DNA from: Spirochaetota bacterium | GTDB lineage: Bacteria; Spirochaetota; UBA4802; JAKQUI01 | Assembly (NCBI GenBank): GCA_029562645.1 | Contig: JAKQUI010000005.1 | Location: 7,961-71,960, forward strand | DNA: 64,000 nucleotides | Direction of reading: 5' to 3' | Shown here: piece by piece, positions 41,845 through 50,922 of the stretch | Layout of the letters: every line of letters begins with the position of its first letter | How positions within the stretch are numbered: position 1 is the first letter of the stretch | Notes under the pieces: model-generated | What the model saw: only the letters and a program-made list of their open reading frames with translations | Told to the model about the DNA's origin: nothing | The model's database searches: none | Position numbers and translations under genes: made by a program

Positions 41845-42804
41845 ATGATTACTCCGCGAACAGTTCGAATCGTCCTTCTTGTGGCGCTCATTCTCGCGCT
41901 CCTTGCGGTCATCGGACGCACTGTGTTCGACGGCGACCGGGAATCGCGCGGTGCGCTCGGCAACCCGTTTTACGATATCTTCTACCGGTACTATTCAGGG
42001 AGGGAGGATGTCGCGAAGCGGGACCTGCGCGCGCTTTTCGGAAGCACGCGTCATGGGGCGCATGCGCTCATCAATGACGGCGTGCTGCGCGCACGGGAGG
42101 GGGATGCCGATGGCGCGGCGCGGTCGTTCGGACATGCGTTCGATCGCGGCGCGTCACTCGCGCTATCGTATCTATCCTCGCTTCGGGCGCGGACTGGTGC
42201 GGGCTACCGGGAATTTCTCGCCGAGAATCCGCTGGTGCGCGAAACGCAGTGGGCCGAGTACGAACTGGCGGTCGCCGCCGCGTCGGAGCGGCGCGATCCC
42301 GACGCTCGCTCTCATCTCGCGCGCGCGATCGCACGGGGTTTTGCATCCACGGAGCTCATGGACCAGGAGCCGGCCTTCGTTCGGATGCGGAATGATGATG
42401 CATACAAACGGTTGCGCGAAGCTGCGGACGCGAATCGAGCGTCACGAATTTCGCTCTCACGGCTCATGCGTGCGGAGCGTGCGAGAACGGGCGGCGGGAA
42501 GGCGTCGTATGTTCCCGAGGCGATTGAAACGGCGAATGCGCTCGAGCGCGTCGGCAGGCGCGCCGAGGCGGAGCAGGCGCTCCTGCCCCTGACCGCATCG
42601 AGTGCGCCGTTTCGGGACCGCGCCATGGCGACCTATCGGCTTGCGCGTATCCGCGCGACAATGGGCGATCGCGCGGGCTCCCACGCCTATCTGGAACGCT
42701 TTCGATCAATGATCGCCTCGGGCGAATCCGATCCAACTGGCTTCAAGGATTGTGCCGCGCGCTTCCAAGATGACATAATCAGGAATGATCCGCTCCTCCG
42801 ATAA
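41845..42804 (+). CDS. hypothetical membrane-anchored helical-repeat (TPR-like) protein
   Basis: N-terminal TM segment. Arg/Ala-rich helical body. Divergent from the transglutaminase operon. Confidence 0.4.
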   Translation: MITPRTVRIVLLVALILALLAVIGRTVFDGDRESRGALGNPFYDIFYRYYSGREDVAKRDLRALFGSTRHGAHALINDGVLRAREGDADGAARSFGHAFDRGASLALSYLSSLRARTGAGYREFLAENPLVRETQWAEYELAVAAASERRDPDARSHLARAIARGFASTELMDQEPAFVRMRNDDAYKRLREAADANRASRISLSRLMRAERARTGGGKASYVPEAIETANALERVGRRAEAEQALLPLTASSAPFRDRAMATYRLARIRATMGDRAGSHAYLERFRSMIASGESDPTGFKDCAARFQDDIIRNDPLLR

Positions 42805-42899
42805 TTTTTCCGTTTGTTTAAAAAATCCTTGAAATATTTCAAATTCGCCGTGAGCCTACGAAACGGACCGCTTAACCTTTCGCCTTCAGGAGAATTGCC

Positions 42900-44378
42900 A
42901 TGAAGACCGCACAAACCGCATTCATGCTATTGATGATAACCGTTCTCGCCGGGGCCGTATCGTGCCGGCTCAAGGTGCCGCTCAAGGAGATGTCTCTAGC
43001 GAAGAGCGCCATCACCCGCGCGGGCGAGGTCAAGGCGGACAAGTACGCGCCGGACGACCTGAAGCGCGCCAAGGAGTTCCTCTCCCTCTCGCACGCCGAT
43101 ATCAAGAAAGAAGACACCTCGAAGGCGGAGGAGAACGCGAAGAAATCGCTCGCCTACGGCACCGACGCCATCAACAAATCGCTGCCGCTCCTTTCGAAGG
43201 ACACGCTCGACGAAGCGAAAAAGCTCATCGCCGACGCCGAGCGCATGAACGCCGAGCGCTATGCGTCCTCCGATTTTTCGGACGCCCGGAGCAAGGCGGG
43301 CGAGGCGGAAAAGCTTCATGGTGATAAATCGTTCTGGGAATCGTATCTCGTATCGAAGAAGGCGATCGCCGCCGCGACCGCAGCGCGCGACAAGGCCGAG
43401 GCGCGCATCCCCGAATTGCAAAACCGCATCGCGTCCATCCGCGGTGAAGCCGACAACCTGAAGTCGGCGCGCGGATCGGAGTTCGCATCATCCGAACTCG
43501 CGCAGGTGTCGTCGCGGCTCGATGCGGCCACCGCCGGCATCGGCCAGAAGAACCTGAAGGACGCCTCCCGCGCCATCGACGATGCCGAGAGCGCCCTTAA
43601 CCGCGCGAAGGGCAACACCAAGCGCGGCATCGCCGCCGAGAAGATCCGGAACGCCGAAAAGGAGCTCGATATCGCAAACTCCTCGAAGATGAAGGACCAG
43701 TTCGCGGCGGACATTCAGCGCGCCTCGACGCTGATCACGAATGCGAAGAGCGACCTGTCCAGCGGCTCGTTCGACGCCGCCGCGACCAAGGCCGATGAGG
43801 CGACCGCACTCCTGAAATCGGCGAATTCCAACATGACCGTAAAGGCGCAGGAGCTCAAGAAGACCGCCCAGGAGAAGCTCGAGGCGGCGGAAAACGCGCT
43901 CAAGAAGATCAAGGAATCGCCGCTGGCAAGCCACATGCAGGCCGATATCGACGCGGTGCAGCCGCTCATCGACCAGAGCCGCGGATTCCTGAACAACGAC
44001 GCCTATCAGGACTCCATCGCGAAATCCGACGAGGCGCTCGCGCGCATCAATCAAATCAACATCGCCATGGAAAAAAAGGCCGAGGAGCTGCGCCTCAAGG
44101 GCGATACGTCGAAAGAGGCGAAAGAGGAGCAGGTGTACGTGGTCAAGTACAACCCCAAAAAGCGAGACTGCCTCTGGCGCATCGCCTATTATGTATACAA
44201 GGACGCCAAGCTCTGGCCGGTGATCTATACGGCGAACAAGGACAAGATCAAGGACCCGGACCTCATCTTCCCCGGACAGAAGTTCAGCATCCCCTCCATG
44301 GACAAGAAGTCGGATGATGCAGGCAAAAAGGAGAAGGGAAAGCCGCCCGTCGAGGGTACGGTCGACAAGCGGGACTGA
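42900..44378 (+). CDS. lipoprotein with a long coiled-coil/helical region and C-terminal LysM domain
   Basis: Lipobox LAGAVSC. C-terminal YVVKYNPKKRDCLWRIAYYVYKDAKLWPVIYTANKDKI...PGQKFSIP is a LysM pattern. Confidence 0.6.
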   Translation: MKTAQTAFMLLMITVLAGAVSCRLKVPLKEMSLAKSAITRAGEVKADKYAPDDLKRAKEFLSLSHADIKKEDTSKAEENAKKSLAYGTDAINKSLPLLSKDTLDEAKKLIADAERMNAERYASSDFSDARSKAGEAEKLHGDKSFWESYLVSKKAIAAATAARDKAEARIPELQNRIASIRGEADNLKSARGSEFASSELAQVSSRLDAATAGIGQKNLKDASRAIDDAESALNRAKGNTKRGIAAEKIRNAEKELDIANSSKMKDQFAADIQRASTLITNAKSDLSSGSFDAAATKADEATALLKSANSNMTVKAQELKKTAQEKLEAAENALKKIKESPLASHMQADIDAVQPLIDQSRGFLNNDAYQDSIAKSDEALARINQINIAMEKKAEELRLKGDTSKEAKEEQVYVVKYNPKKRDCLWRIAYYVYKDAKLWPVIYTANKDKIKDPDLIFPGQKFSIPSMDKKSDDAGKKEKGKPPVEGTVDKRD

Positions 44379-44396
44379 TCGCACCGATAGCGACCG

Positions 44397-45602
44397 GTGA
44401 ACCGTTCGGCCCTTTTCTGGGGCGCACTCGTTCTCATGGCGGCGGTCCCGTGGCGGGCCGTCGCCCGAGACATTAACCTCGACGAGATCTATCTGCGCAA
44501 GTCGTCGCCGGCGCTCAAGAAACTCATCCTTTATAAGCTCGACGCCTACGAGCGCGTCAACGCGCACTTCGTCGATCGCGACGCCATCTTCTCCGCGTGG
44601 ACGTCCGGCGACCAGATCGTCTACATCAAAGAACTCCCGGGCGGGAGCAATGTCGTCTACCGTTACAATCCGCATCGGCGTCGGCTCTCCGAGGCCGGTC
44701 GGTTTTCGGGCGTGGTCACCTATGCGCGCCTGAGCGGGCGCGGCCGGTACGTGTACCTCAAGCGGTTCGTGTCCGATCGCGGCATTATACCGCGACCCGG
44801 CATGGTCATTATCGATATCGCCGCCGGCCGCGTCATCGAGCGGAAATCGAACTTCCCCTTTCTCGATTTTTCTGTCGCGGCGGGATCGGACGCCCTCTAT
44901 TACGAAACGAAGCGCGGGATCGTCGAATACCATCCGGGCGGCGGCGAGGGGCGGATGATGATACCCCGCGCCGAGTACGGGGACATCGCCGTGTCGGACA
45001 ATCCGTCCGTCGGCTATCTCTCGCCCAATCTCCAGCGGGCGCTTGTCGTCAATGGCGGCGGCGGGAGCTATCGGGCGAAGCTGGTGCGGACCGCGAATCC
45101 CGTCGTCATAAAGGGCATCACCTCCGGTTCGGAGATTCACTGGCTCGACAACAACCGGGTGGCGTACCGAAAGGGCTGGACCGGGAACTTCTCGGCGGTC
45201 CTGTATGCGATCAATACCGGGAAAAGCTATCCGCTGGTCAGGCAGTCGTTTAATACGAACCTGTCGTATTCGAACAACGGGAAGAACCTCGCCATCCTCA
45301 AGGACCAGGTAATCATGCTGCACGATCTCGCGACCGGCATGACGACGAGCACGGGGCTCGAGGGCGAGGATCTTTCATTTGATCCGCATGGCAGGTACTT
45401 CACGTCGCTTCTGTTCAAAAAGCTGTTCGTTGTGGGGATTGGGACGGTGCACAACCGACGGATCGAGTTGCAGCGGGCCTGGAAAACGATCGCGCAGGTC
45501 TATGAGTCCATCAGAAACGATTCTTCTGCATTCGAAAACGAGTATTCATCGGAGTACGTAAAAAGAAAGATCGCCCTGTACCGCTCGCTCCTGAGGGATT
45601 GA
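44397..45602 (+). CDS. hypothetical secreted protein (beta-rich)
   Basis: GTG start. Signal peptide. No assignable family. Confidence 0.4.
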   Translation: MNRSALFWGALVLMAAVPWRAVARDINLDEIYLRKSSPALKKLILYKLDAYERVNAHFVDRDAIFSAWTSGDQIVYIKELPGGSNVVYRYNPHRRRLSEAGRFSGVVTYARLSGRGRYVYLKRFVSDRGIIPRPGMVIIDIAAGRVIERKSNFPFLDFSVAAGSDALYYETKRGIVEYHPGGGEGRMMIPRAEYGDIAVSDNPSVGYLSPNLQRALVVNGGGGSYRAKLVRTANPVVIKGITSGSEIHWLDNNRVAYRKGWTGNFSAVLYAINTGKSYPLVRQSFNTNLSYSNNGKNLAILKDQVIMLHDLATGMTTSTGLEGEDLSFDPHGRYFTSLLFKKLFVVGIGTVHNRRIELQRAWKTIAQVYESIRNDSSAFENEYSSEYVKRKIALYRSLLRD

Positions 45603-46124
45603 TTACTTTTTGAGTCGCGCGGTGATGGTACCCGCCATTTTTTGAATATGATGGAAGTTTGCCTCCTCATCGACGAACAGAAACACCGCGCAGTTGTCGC
45701 GGGTGACCATGACCGTTCGCGTCTTGTTGGCGCCCACGAGGGCAGAGAGTTTTTCGATCTCGTGCTTGGCTGATTTCATATCCTTGTATACGATGATATA
45801 GCAGACGATGTCATCATCGTGCGGGTTTTTCTTGTGCGCGATGACGGCGGCGTGCATGGCCAGCACCGTGGTGTGATCGCCCCCCGGATACAATTCCATG
45901 TCTTTGATTACTTTTCTGATGGCCGCGCGGTCCAACTGGGCCGGGTTGCCTTTCAGAACCCGCTTTACGCGATCGGGAAGCACACCGTAGGCAAAGTCCG
46001 CGGGGATATCGGCGTCCGTCAGCTTGATTTTGTCGATGATATCGGCGCCCACCTCGGCCGATGAATTTGCGAAGAGCAAAAAAATCGACATCAGCGCCAA
46101 AGTCCCGAAGATAGCGTATTTCAT
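45603..46124 (-). CDS. hypothetical secreted protein
   Basis: Signal peptide MKYAIFGTLALMSIFLLFANSSA. Its stop abuts the convergent gene's stop (45602/45603). Confidence 0.4.
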   Translation of the reverse strand: MKYAIFGTLALMSIFLLFANSSAEVGADIIDKIKLTDADIPADFAYGVLPDRVKRVLKGNPAQLDRAAIRKVIKDMELYPGGDHTTVLAMHAAVIAHKKNPHDDDIVCYIIVYKDMKSAKHEIEKLSALVGANKTRTVMVTRDNCAVFLFVDEEANFHHIQKMAGTITARLKK

Positions 46125-46263
46125 GGATTAGCCCCCGATAGATGAAAATGCGGAACGACGCCGCCGGCACGGGCGGAAGAAATTATGCTTGAATGAATAC
46201 ACGATATATATCGGAGTATGCGCCGCTGGCCGTGAATTTTTTTTAAGAGACATAATATTTTAA

Positions 46264-46292
46264 TTGACGGCAAGCGCGCGTACCGGTAGTAT
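46264..46292 (+). promoter_or_regulatory. sigma70-like promoter candidate for nrdD (TTGACG-N17-TAGTAT)
   Basis: Read directly from the sequence. It would give a ~200 nt leader before the ATP-cone Met. Confidence 0.3.
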
Positions 46293-46508
46293 TTTTAACA
46301 CACAGAACGCACTCCACGCATCATGTCGCGTCTTCGCTTGTCCACAGAGCGGAGTGGTTGTCGTGTTTTCGAATATTCGTCTCGGGTGGCCGTCGGTCAT
46401 CGTTCCCCGGATATTCGCGATCTCGCGACGATGCGTACGCTGCTCCGGCGGGTTTCTTTCGCCGCGTTTCGGTTCGGTCCAAGAGTTTATCGGTCGGGAG
46501 TATCCTTC

Positions 46509-48566
46509 ATGGGCGCACAGAAGAAAAAGGTACAATTCATCCGGAAGCGCGATGGGCGGATTGTTCCTTTCGACCTCGAGAAAATCGTCGATGCGATCTT
46601 CAATGCGGCGCGGGCCGTCGGCGGCGACAACCGCGACATCGCCCAGGGCGTGGCGCAGTCCGTGCGCGACATCGTCGAGATCGCTTATTGCAACGAGCGC
46701 ATTCCCACCGTCGAAAACATCCAGGACCTCGTCGAGAAGATGCTCATCGAGAAGGGCCACGCAAAGGTCGCGAAGGCCTACATTCTCTACCGCGAACAGC
46801 ACCGGAAGATCCGCGACGGCAAGGACCTCCTAAACGAGGGGATCGCACTCATAGAAAAGTATCTCGACCGATCCGACTGGCGCGTGAACGAAAACAGCAA
46901 CATGAGCTATTCGCTCCAGGGGCTCAATAATCATATCGCCTCGGCGGTCACCGCGAAGTACTGGCTCGAGCGCATCTACCCCCCGGAGATACGGGACGCG
47001 CACATCAACTGCGACGTGCATCTGCACGACCTGGGGCTCCTCTCGGCCTACTGCGTCGGGTGGGACCTCAAGGACCTTCTCCGGCGCGGATTTGGCGGCG
47101 TGCCCGGGAAGGTCGAGAGCCGCCCGGCGAAGCACTTCCGGAGCGCGCTGGGCCAGGTGGTCAATTTCTTCTACACCCTGCAAGGGGAATCGGCCGGCGC
47201 GCAGGCCTTCGCGAACTTCGATACCTATCTCGCGCCCTTCATCCGCTACGACGGGCTCACCTATGCCGAGGTGAAGCAATGCCTGCAGGAGTTCATCTTC
47301 AACATGAACATCCCCACGCGGGTGGGCTTCCAGACGCCGTTCACCAATGTTACGCTCGACCTCAAAGTGCCCAAGAACATCGGCGAGGAGTACGTCGTCA
47401 TCGGCGGCGAGGTGCGCGACCGGCAGTACAAGGAATTCCAGGAAGAGATGAACATCTTCAACCGCGCCTTCGCCGAGAGCCTGCTCGAGGGTGATGCGCG
47501 GCACCGCATCTTCACCTTTCCCATACCGACCTACAATATCGGCGCGGACTTCGACTGGAACAATCCGGCGCTCACGACCCTGTGGGAGATCACGGCGAAG
47601 TACGGCATACCCTATTTCGCGAATTTCGTAAACTCCGACATGGACCCGGAGGACGCGCGCTCGATGTGCTGCCGCCTGCGCCTGGATAATCGCGAGCTTC
47701 GAAGCCGCGGCGGCGGGCTCTTTGGCGCGAACCCGCTCACCGGCAGCATCGGCGTGGTCACGATCAACATGCCGCGCCTTGGATTCAAGGCGGCGAGCGA
47801 GGACGAGTTCCTCGAGTCGCTGGGGCGCCTCATGGACATGGCGAAGTCGTCCCTGGAGATAAAGCGCAAGGTGCTGGAAAACTTCACGCAGAGCAATCTC
47901 TACCCGTACACCCGGTATTATCTGGCCGATGTGTACAACCGCACCGGAAAGTTCTGGGTGAACCATTTCTCGACCATCGGCCTGGTGGGAATGAACGAGG
48001 CCTGCATCAACCTCATCGGGAAGGACATCTCGACGGAGGAGGGCAAGGCCTTCACGGTGCGCGTTCTCGATATGATGCGCGACCGCATCGCGTCCTATCA
48101 GGAGGAATCCGGGAACCTGTACAACCTCGAAGCGACACCGGCCGAGGGCGTGAGTTACCGGTTCGCGAAACACGACCGCGACACGTTCCCCGATATCGTC
48201 ACCGCGGGGGCCGGAGAGCCGTATTATACCAATTCGATCCATCTGCCGGTCGGGTATTCGGACGACGTCTTCGAGGTCCTGGACCACCAAAACGAGCTCC
48301 AGGCCAGGTTTACGGGCGGGACGGTGGTGCACTGCTTCATCGGCGAGAAAATCGACGATCCGAACATCGTAAAGCTGTTGATCCGCAAAATCACCGAAAA
48401 CTACTCGATACCGTATTTCACCATCACCCCGACCTTCAGCGTGTGCCCCGTGCACGGGTACATACCCGGATCGCACAAGTTTTGCCCCTACGATCACACG
48501 GACGAGGAGCTGGAGCGGTTCGGCATCGAGGCGCCCGCGGCGGGCGATAAAAAAGTGGCGATGTAG
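46509..48566 (+). CDS. nrdD: anaerobic (class III) ribonucleoside-triphosphate reductase, large body without the glycyl-radical segment
   Basis: N-terminal ATP-cone (KRDGRIVPFDLEKIVDAI). Class III core. C-terminal Cys/His pair CPVHGY...CPYDH, then an in-frame TAG. Start moved to Met63 of the track ORF, at the ATP-cone. Confidence 0.85.
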   Translation: MGAQKKKVQFIRKRDGRIVPFDLEKIVDAIFNAARAVGGDNRDIAQGVAQSVRDIVEIAYCNERIPTVENIQDLVEKMLIEKGHAKVAKAYILYREQHRKIRDGKDLLNEGIALIEKYLDRSDWRVNENSNMSYSLQGLNNHIASAVTAKYWLERIYPPEIRDAHINCDVHLHDLGLLSAYCVGWDLKDLLRRGFGGVPGKVESRPAKHFRSALGQVVNFFYTLQGESAGAQAFANFDTYLAPFIRYDGLTYAEVKQCLQEFIFNMNIPTRVGFQTPFTNVTLDLKVPKNIGEEYVVIGGEVRDRQYKEFQEEMNIFNRAFAESLLEGDARHRIFTFPIPTYNIGADFDWNNPALTTLWEITAKYGIPYFANFVNSDMDPEDARSMCCRLRLDNRELRSRGGGLFGANPLTGSIGVVTINMPRLGFKAASEDEFLESLGRLMDMAKSSLEIKRKVLENFTQSNLYPYTRYYLADVYNRTGKFWVNHFSTIGLVGMNEACINLIGKDISTEEGKAFTVRVLDMMRDRIASYQEESGNLYNLEATPAEGVSYRFAKHDRDTFPDIVTAGAGEPYYTNSIHLPVGYSDDVFEVLDHQNELQARFTGGTVVHCFIGEKIDDPNIVKLLIRKITENYSIPYFTITPTFSVCPVHGYIPGSHKFCPYDHTDEELERFGIEAPAAGDKKVAM

Positions 48567-48611
48567 CGCTTCATTGAATCGATAATATATAAAATGGGAA
48601 AGGAGAGGCAT

Positions 48612-48797
48612 ATGAAACAGAAAAAGCAGGTTCCCGTAGAGGTCTACTCCCGCGTGGTGGGATACTTTCGCCCGGTCAACCAGTGGAACAAGGGGAAACG
48701 GGAAGAGTTCAACGACAGGAAGGAATACGCATTACACAGCATCATGCGGGCGACGAGCAATGAATTTCAAGGGCATACACAAAACGTCGCTCATTGA
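48612..48797 (+). CDS. glycyl-radical segment of NrdD as a separate small ORF (or read-through extension)
   Basis: SRVVGYFRPVNQWNKGKREEFNDRKEY matches the NrdD radical-glycine motif (RVCGY...N.GKQ.E...R). AGGAGAGG lies 4 nt upstream of ATG 48612. It is in the same frame as nrdD, separated from it by one TAG. Confidence 0.5.
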   Translation: MKQKKQVPVEVYSRVVGYFRPVNQWNKGKREEFNDRKEYALHSIMRATSNEFQGHTQNVAH

Positions 48798-49458
48798 TTA
48801 TCCCGGCAAGATTTGCTCGATACTGTTCACCGGCGGCTGCAATCTGCGGTGCCGGTACTGTTACAATCCGGACCTGGCGTGCAATAACTGCGCGCTCGAG
48901 ACGCTGACGAACGAGGAGACCTTCTCGTTCGTCGAGCGCCGCAGGCATTTCATCGACGGGGTGTCAATCAGCGGCGGTGAGCCCACCCTGGCGAAAAACC
49001 TCGACAGCTTCATCAAGTCCGTGAAGGATATCTCGCTTTCCGTAAAGCTCGATACCAATGGATCGAACCCGGAGGTCATCAAGCGGCTCATTGAAAAAGG
49101 CCTGCTCGACTACGTCGCCATCGACGTGAAGACCTCTCCGTCGAAATATGATTTTCTCACCGGAACAACGTTTCGATTCGCAGACATCGTGAAAACCATC
49201 TCGATCGTGCGAGACGCCGGCATCGATTATGAGATCCGGACCACCTGCATCCCGTTTTTCGTCACGCTGGACGATTTCGTAGCGATCAAGCGCGAGATCG
49301 GGCGCGTGAAACAGTATTATTTACAGCAGTTCGTGAACAGCAAAACGCTCGATGACGATGTGGCGAATTATCAACCCTACCCCGCCGAGGAGCTCCATCG
49401 CTTCCGTGAGTTCGTATTGAGCTTTGCGGACCTGTGCGAGATTCGCGGACTGTCGTAA
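48760..49458 (+). CDS. nrdG: anaerobic ribonucleotide reductase activating protein (radical SAM)
   Basis: GCNLRCRYCYNP CxxxCxxC motif near the N-terminus. About 232 aa. Confidence 0.85.
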   Translation: MNFKGIHKTSLIDYPGKICSILFTGGCNLRCRYCYNPDLACNNCALETLTNEETFSFVERRRHFIDGVSISGGEPTLAKNLDSFIKSVKDISLSVKLDTNGSNPEVIKRLIEKGLLDYVAIDVKTSPSKYDFLTGTTFRFADIVKTISIVRDAGIDYEIRTTCIPFFVTLDDFVAIKREIGRVKQYYLQQFVNSKTLDDDVANYQPYPAEELHRFREFVLSFADLCEIRGLS

Positions 49459-49476
49459 CCGCACACACCACGATTA

Positions 49477-49761
49477 TCACCGGCGCTTCGGTTGCGAATA
49501 CAGCCGGCACCGTCCCATGCAATTCGTGAACATCGTGTCGCAGATGGCGATCGCGCGATCACCGCGCTTGCCCTCGTAGTTGAACGCGCGCTCGCGGCAC
49601 GTCCAAAATTTCTGCGTGCAGCGGTCTTCGCACAACCGTCCCCGATCGACGCTGGAGAAGAGGGCGGCGCCGGACAGGGGAAGGAGGATCGCGACCGTCG
49701 CGATGGCGATCGTCAGCGCGGACGAACGCGCCGGTGATCTGTGTGAACTGGTTTCCATCAT
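49477..49761 (-). CDS. small secreted cysteine-rich protein
   Basis: Hydrophobic N-terminus (ALTIAIATVAILLPLSGAALFSS), then a 55 aa region with 7 Cys. No family assignment. Confidence 0.35.
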   Translation of the reverse strand: MMETSSHRSPARSSALTIAIATVAILLPLSGAALFSSVDRGRLCEDRCTQKFWTCRERAFNYEGKRGDRAIAICDTMFTNCMGRCRLYSQPKRR

Positions 49762-49905
49762 GCTTCACTCGGGTAGATCTTACCGAGCCGTTGCGATGCA
49801 TTCAATAAAAAATTGGTCCAACCGCAGTAATAATTTTCCAGATGTTGTTTCCAGGAATTGATCAGGGTACTGTGCGAACGGGATGCAACTGTTATCACAC
49901 AAATC

Positions 49906-50922
49906 TCATTTCTTGATTAGCTTCGCCTTGCGGTCCGACAGTGTGATTGTGGCGATTTTCCCCGAGTTAAACTCGATGAAGTCGCTTTCCGTCCCGTCGC
50001 TAAAGATGATGCCGTTGCGCCCCATCAGGGACGTTACCACCAGGGGATCCCCCGTCGTGATTTTACCGAATGTGATGTCCGTCTTCGAGGTTTTGCTCTC
50101 GAAGGGCTCTCGCACGCTGAAAAAGAGATGGTTCGCATCCCAGGGAAATCTGCTCTGCTCCTTCGCGGGCTTCGCGTTGTCGAATCCGGAGGATATCCTC
50201 CGCGCACCCTCGACTATCGAACGGAACCATCCGGTGGAGCCACACCCCGTAGAGACGATGATACCGCTCGACGATTGGTATTCCTCCCTGCCCATGAAGC
50301 TCACATTGCACCTGAATGAGGTGTGGGTCCGCGGGCCGATGAAGATGTCGTTCACGCCGTGGATTGTCTGCCCGTCGTTGAGCGAGGCTTTTGCGATGGT
50401 GATGGCAGACACGCCGAACTCCCCGCTCACGATGCGTCTGAAATGATGATTGAAATCCCCCACCGTGAAGGGAAGGAGCACGCCGTCGTAGCGTGCGGGA
50501 TCTGGATTGACGGCTACGATCGGCTGTTCGCTCAGGTACTTGGCGATATTGATTACCAGACCGTCCTGCCTCAGGGCGATCACCAGGTCCTTTTCGCCGA
50601 AAAGAAAAGTGGGGAGGTAACTCCAATCGATATGCTGAACATTGATTCCCGCGGGGATGGCCGACTGAAGGTTCTTCAATGCTTCCTTGTACGCACTGTC
50701 CGCCAGGCTGATCTCGTCGAACTCCGATTTAACTTGATGCGCCTGGATGTTTTTTGCGCTTCCTGCTTTTTTCTGCGTCGATTGCGCGTTGACGGGAGCC
50801 GCGGCCTGCGCCGCCTGCGCCAGGTAGAATTTCGCCTGCGACTTCGTCGCGAAGGCGCGGACCAGCTGGTCCATCTGCGTCTCCTTCGTGACGATGACGA
50901 TCTTGTCGAAGGCGCTCGTCAT
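49906..50922 (-). CDS. atypical NAD-kinase-like protein (GGDGT replaced)
   Basis: C-terminal IIVSTGCGSTGWFRS matches the NAD kinase motif DGlivSTptGSTAYslSAgGP. The N-terminal DLVIALRQDGL occupies the GGDGT position. ATGA overlap with the upstream SPFH gene. Confidence 0.45.
   Translation of the reverse strand: MTSAFDKIVIVTKETQMDQLVRAFATKSQAKFYLAQAAQAAAPVNAQSTQKKAGSAKNIQAHQVKSEFDEISLADSAYKEALKNLQSAIPAGINVQHIDWSYLPTFLFGEKDLVIALRQDGLVINIAKYLSEQPIVAVNPDPARYDGVLLPFTVGDFNHHFRRIVSGEFGVSAITIAKASLNDGQTIHGVNDIFIGPRTHTSFRCNVSFMGREEYQSSSGIIVSTGCGSTGWFRSIVEGARRISSGFDNAKPAKEQSRFPWDANHLFFSVREPFESKTSKTDITFGKITTGDPLVVTSLMGRNGIIFSDGTESDFIEFNSGKIATITLSDRKAKLIKK

Noticed and set aside
43488-45323. 611-aa minus-strand ORF across the LysM lipoprotein and the following gene
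   Set aside because: Spans two convergent real genes on the opposite strand. Low-complexity Arg/Gly/Asp-rich.
46323-46508. 62-codon N-terminal extension of nrdD in the ORF track
   Set aside because: No similarity to NrdD. The ATP-cone begins at Met63. The promoter-like TTGACG-N17-TAGTAT lies within or before this stretch, so it is more likely 5' leader.
46830-48611. 593-aa minus-strand ORF opposite nrdD
   Set aside because: Antisense to a clearly identified class III RNR. No recognisable domains.
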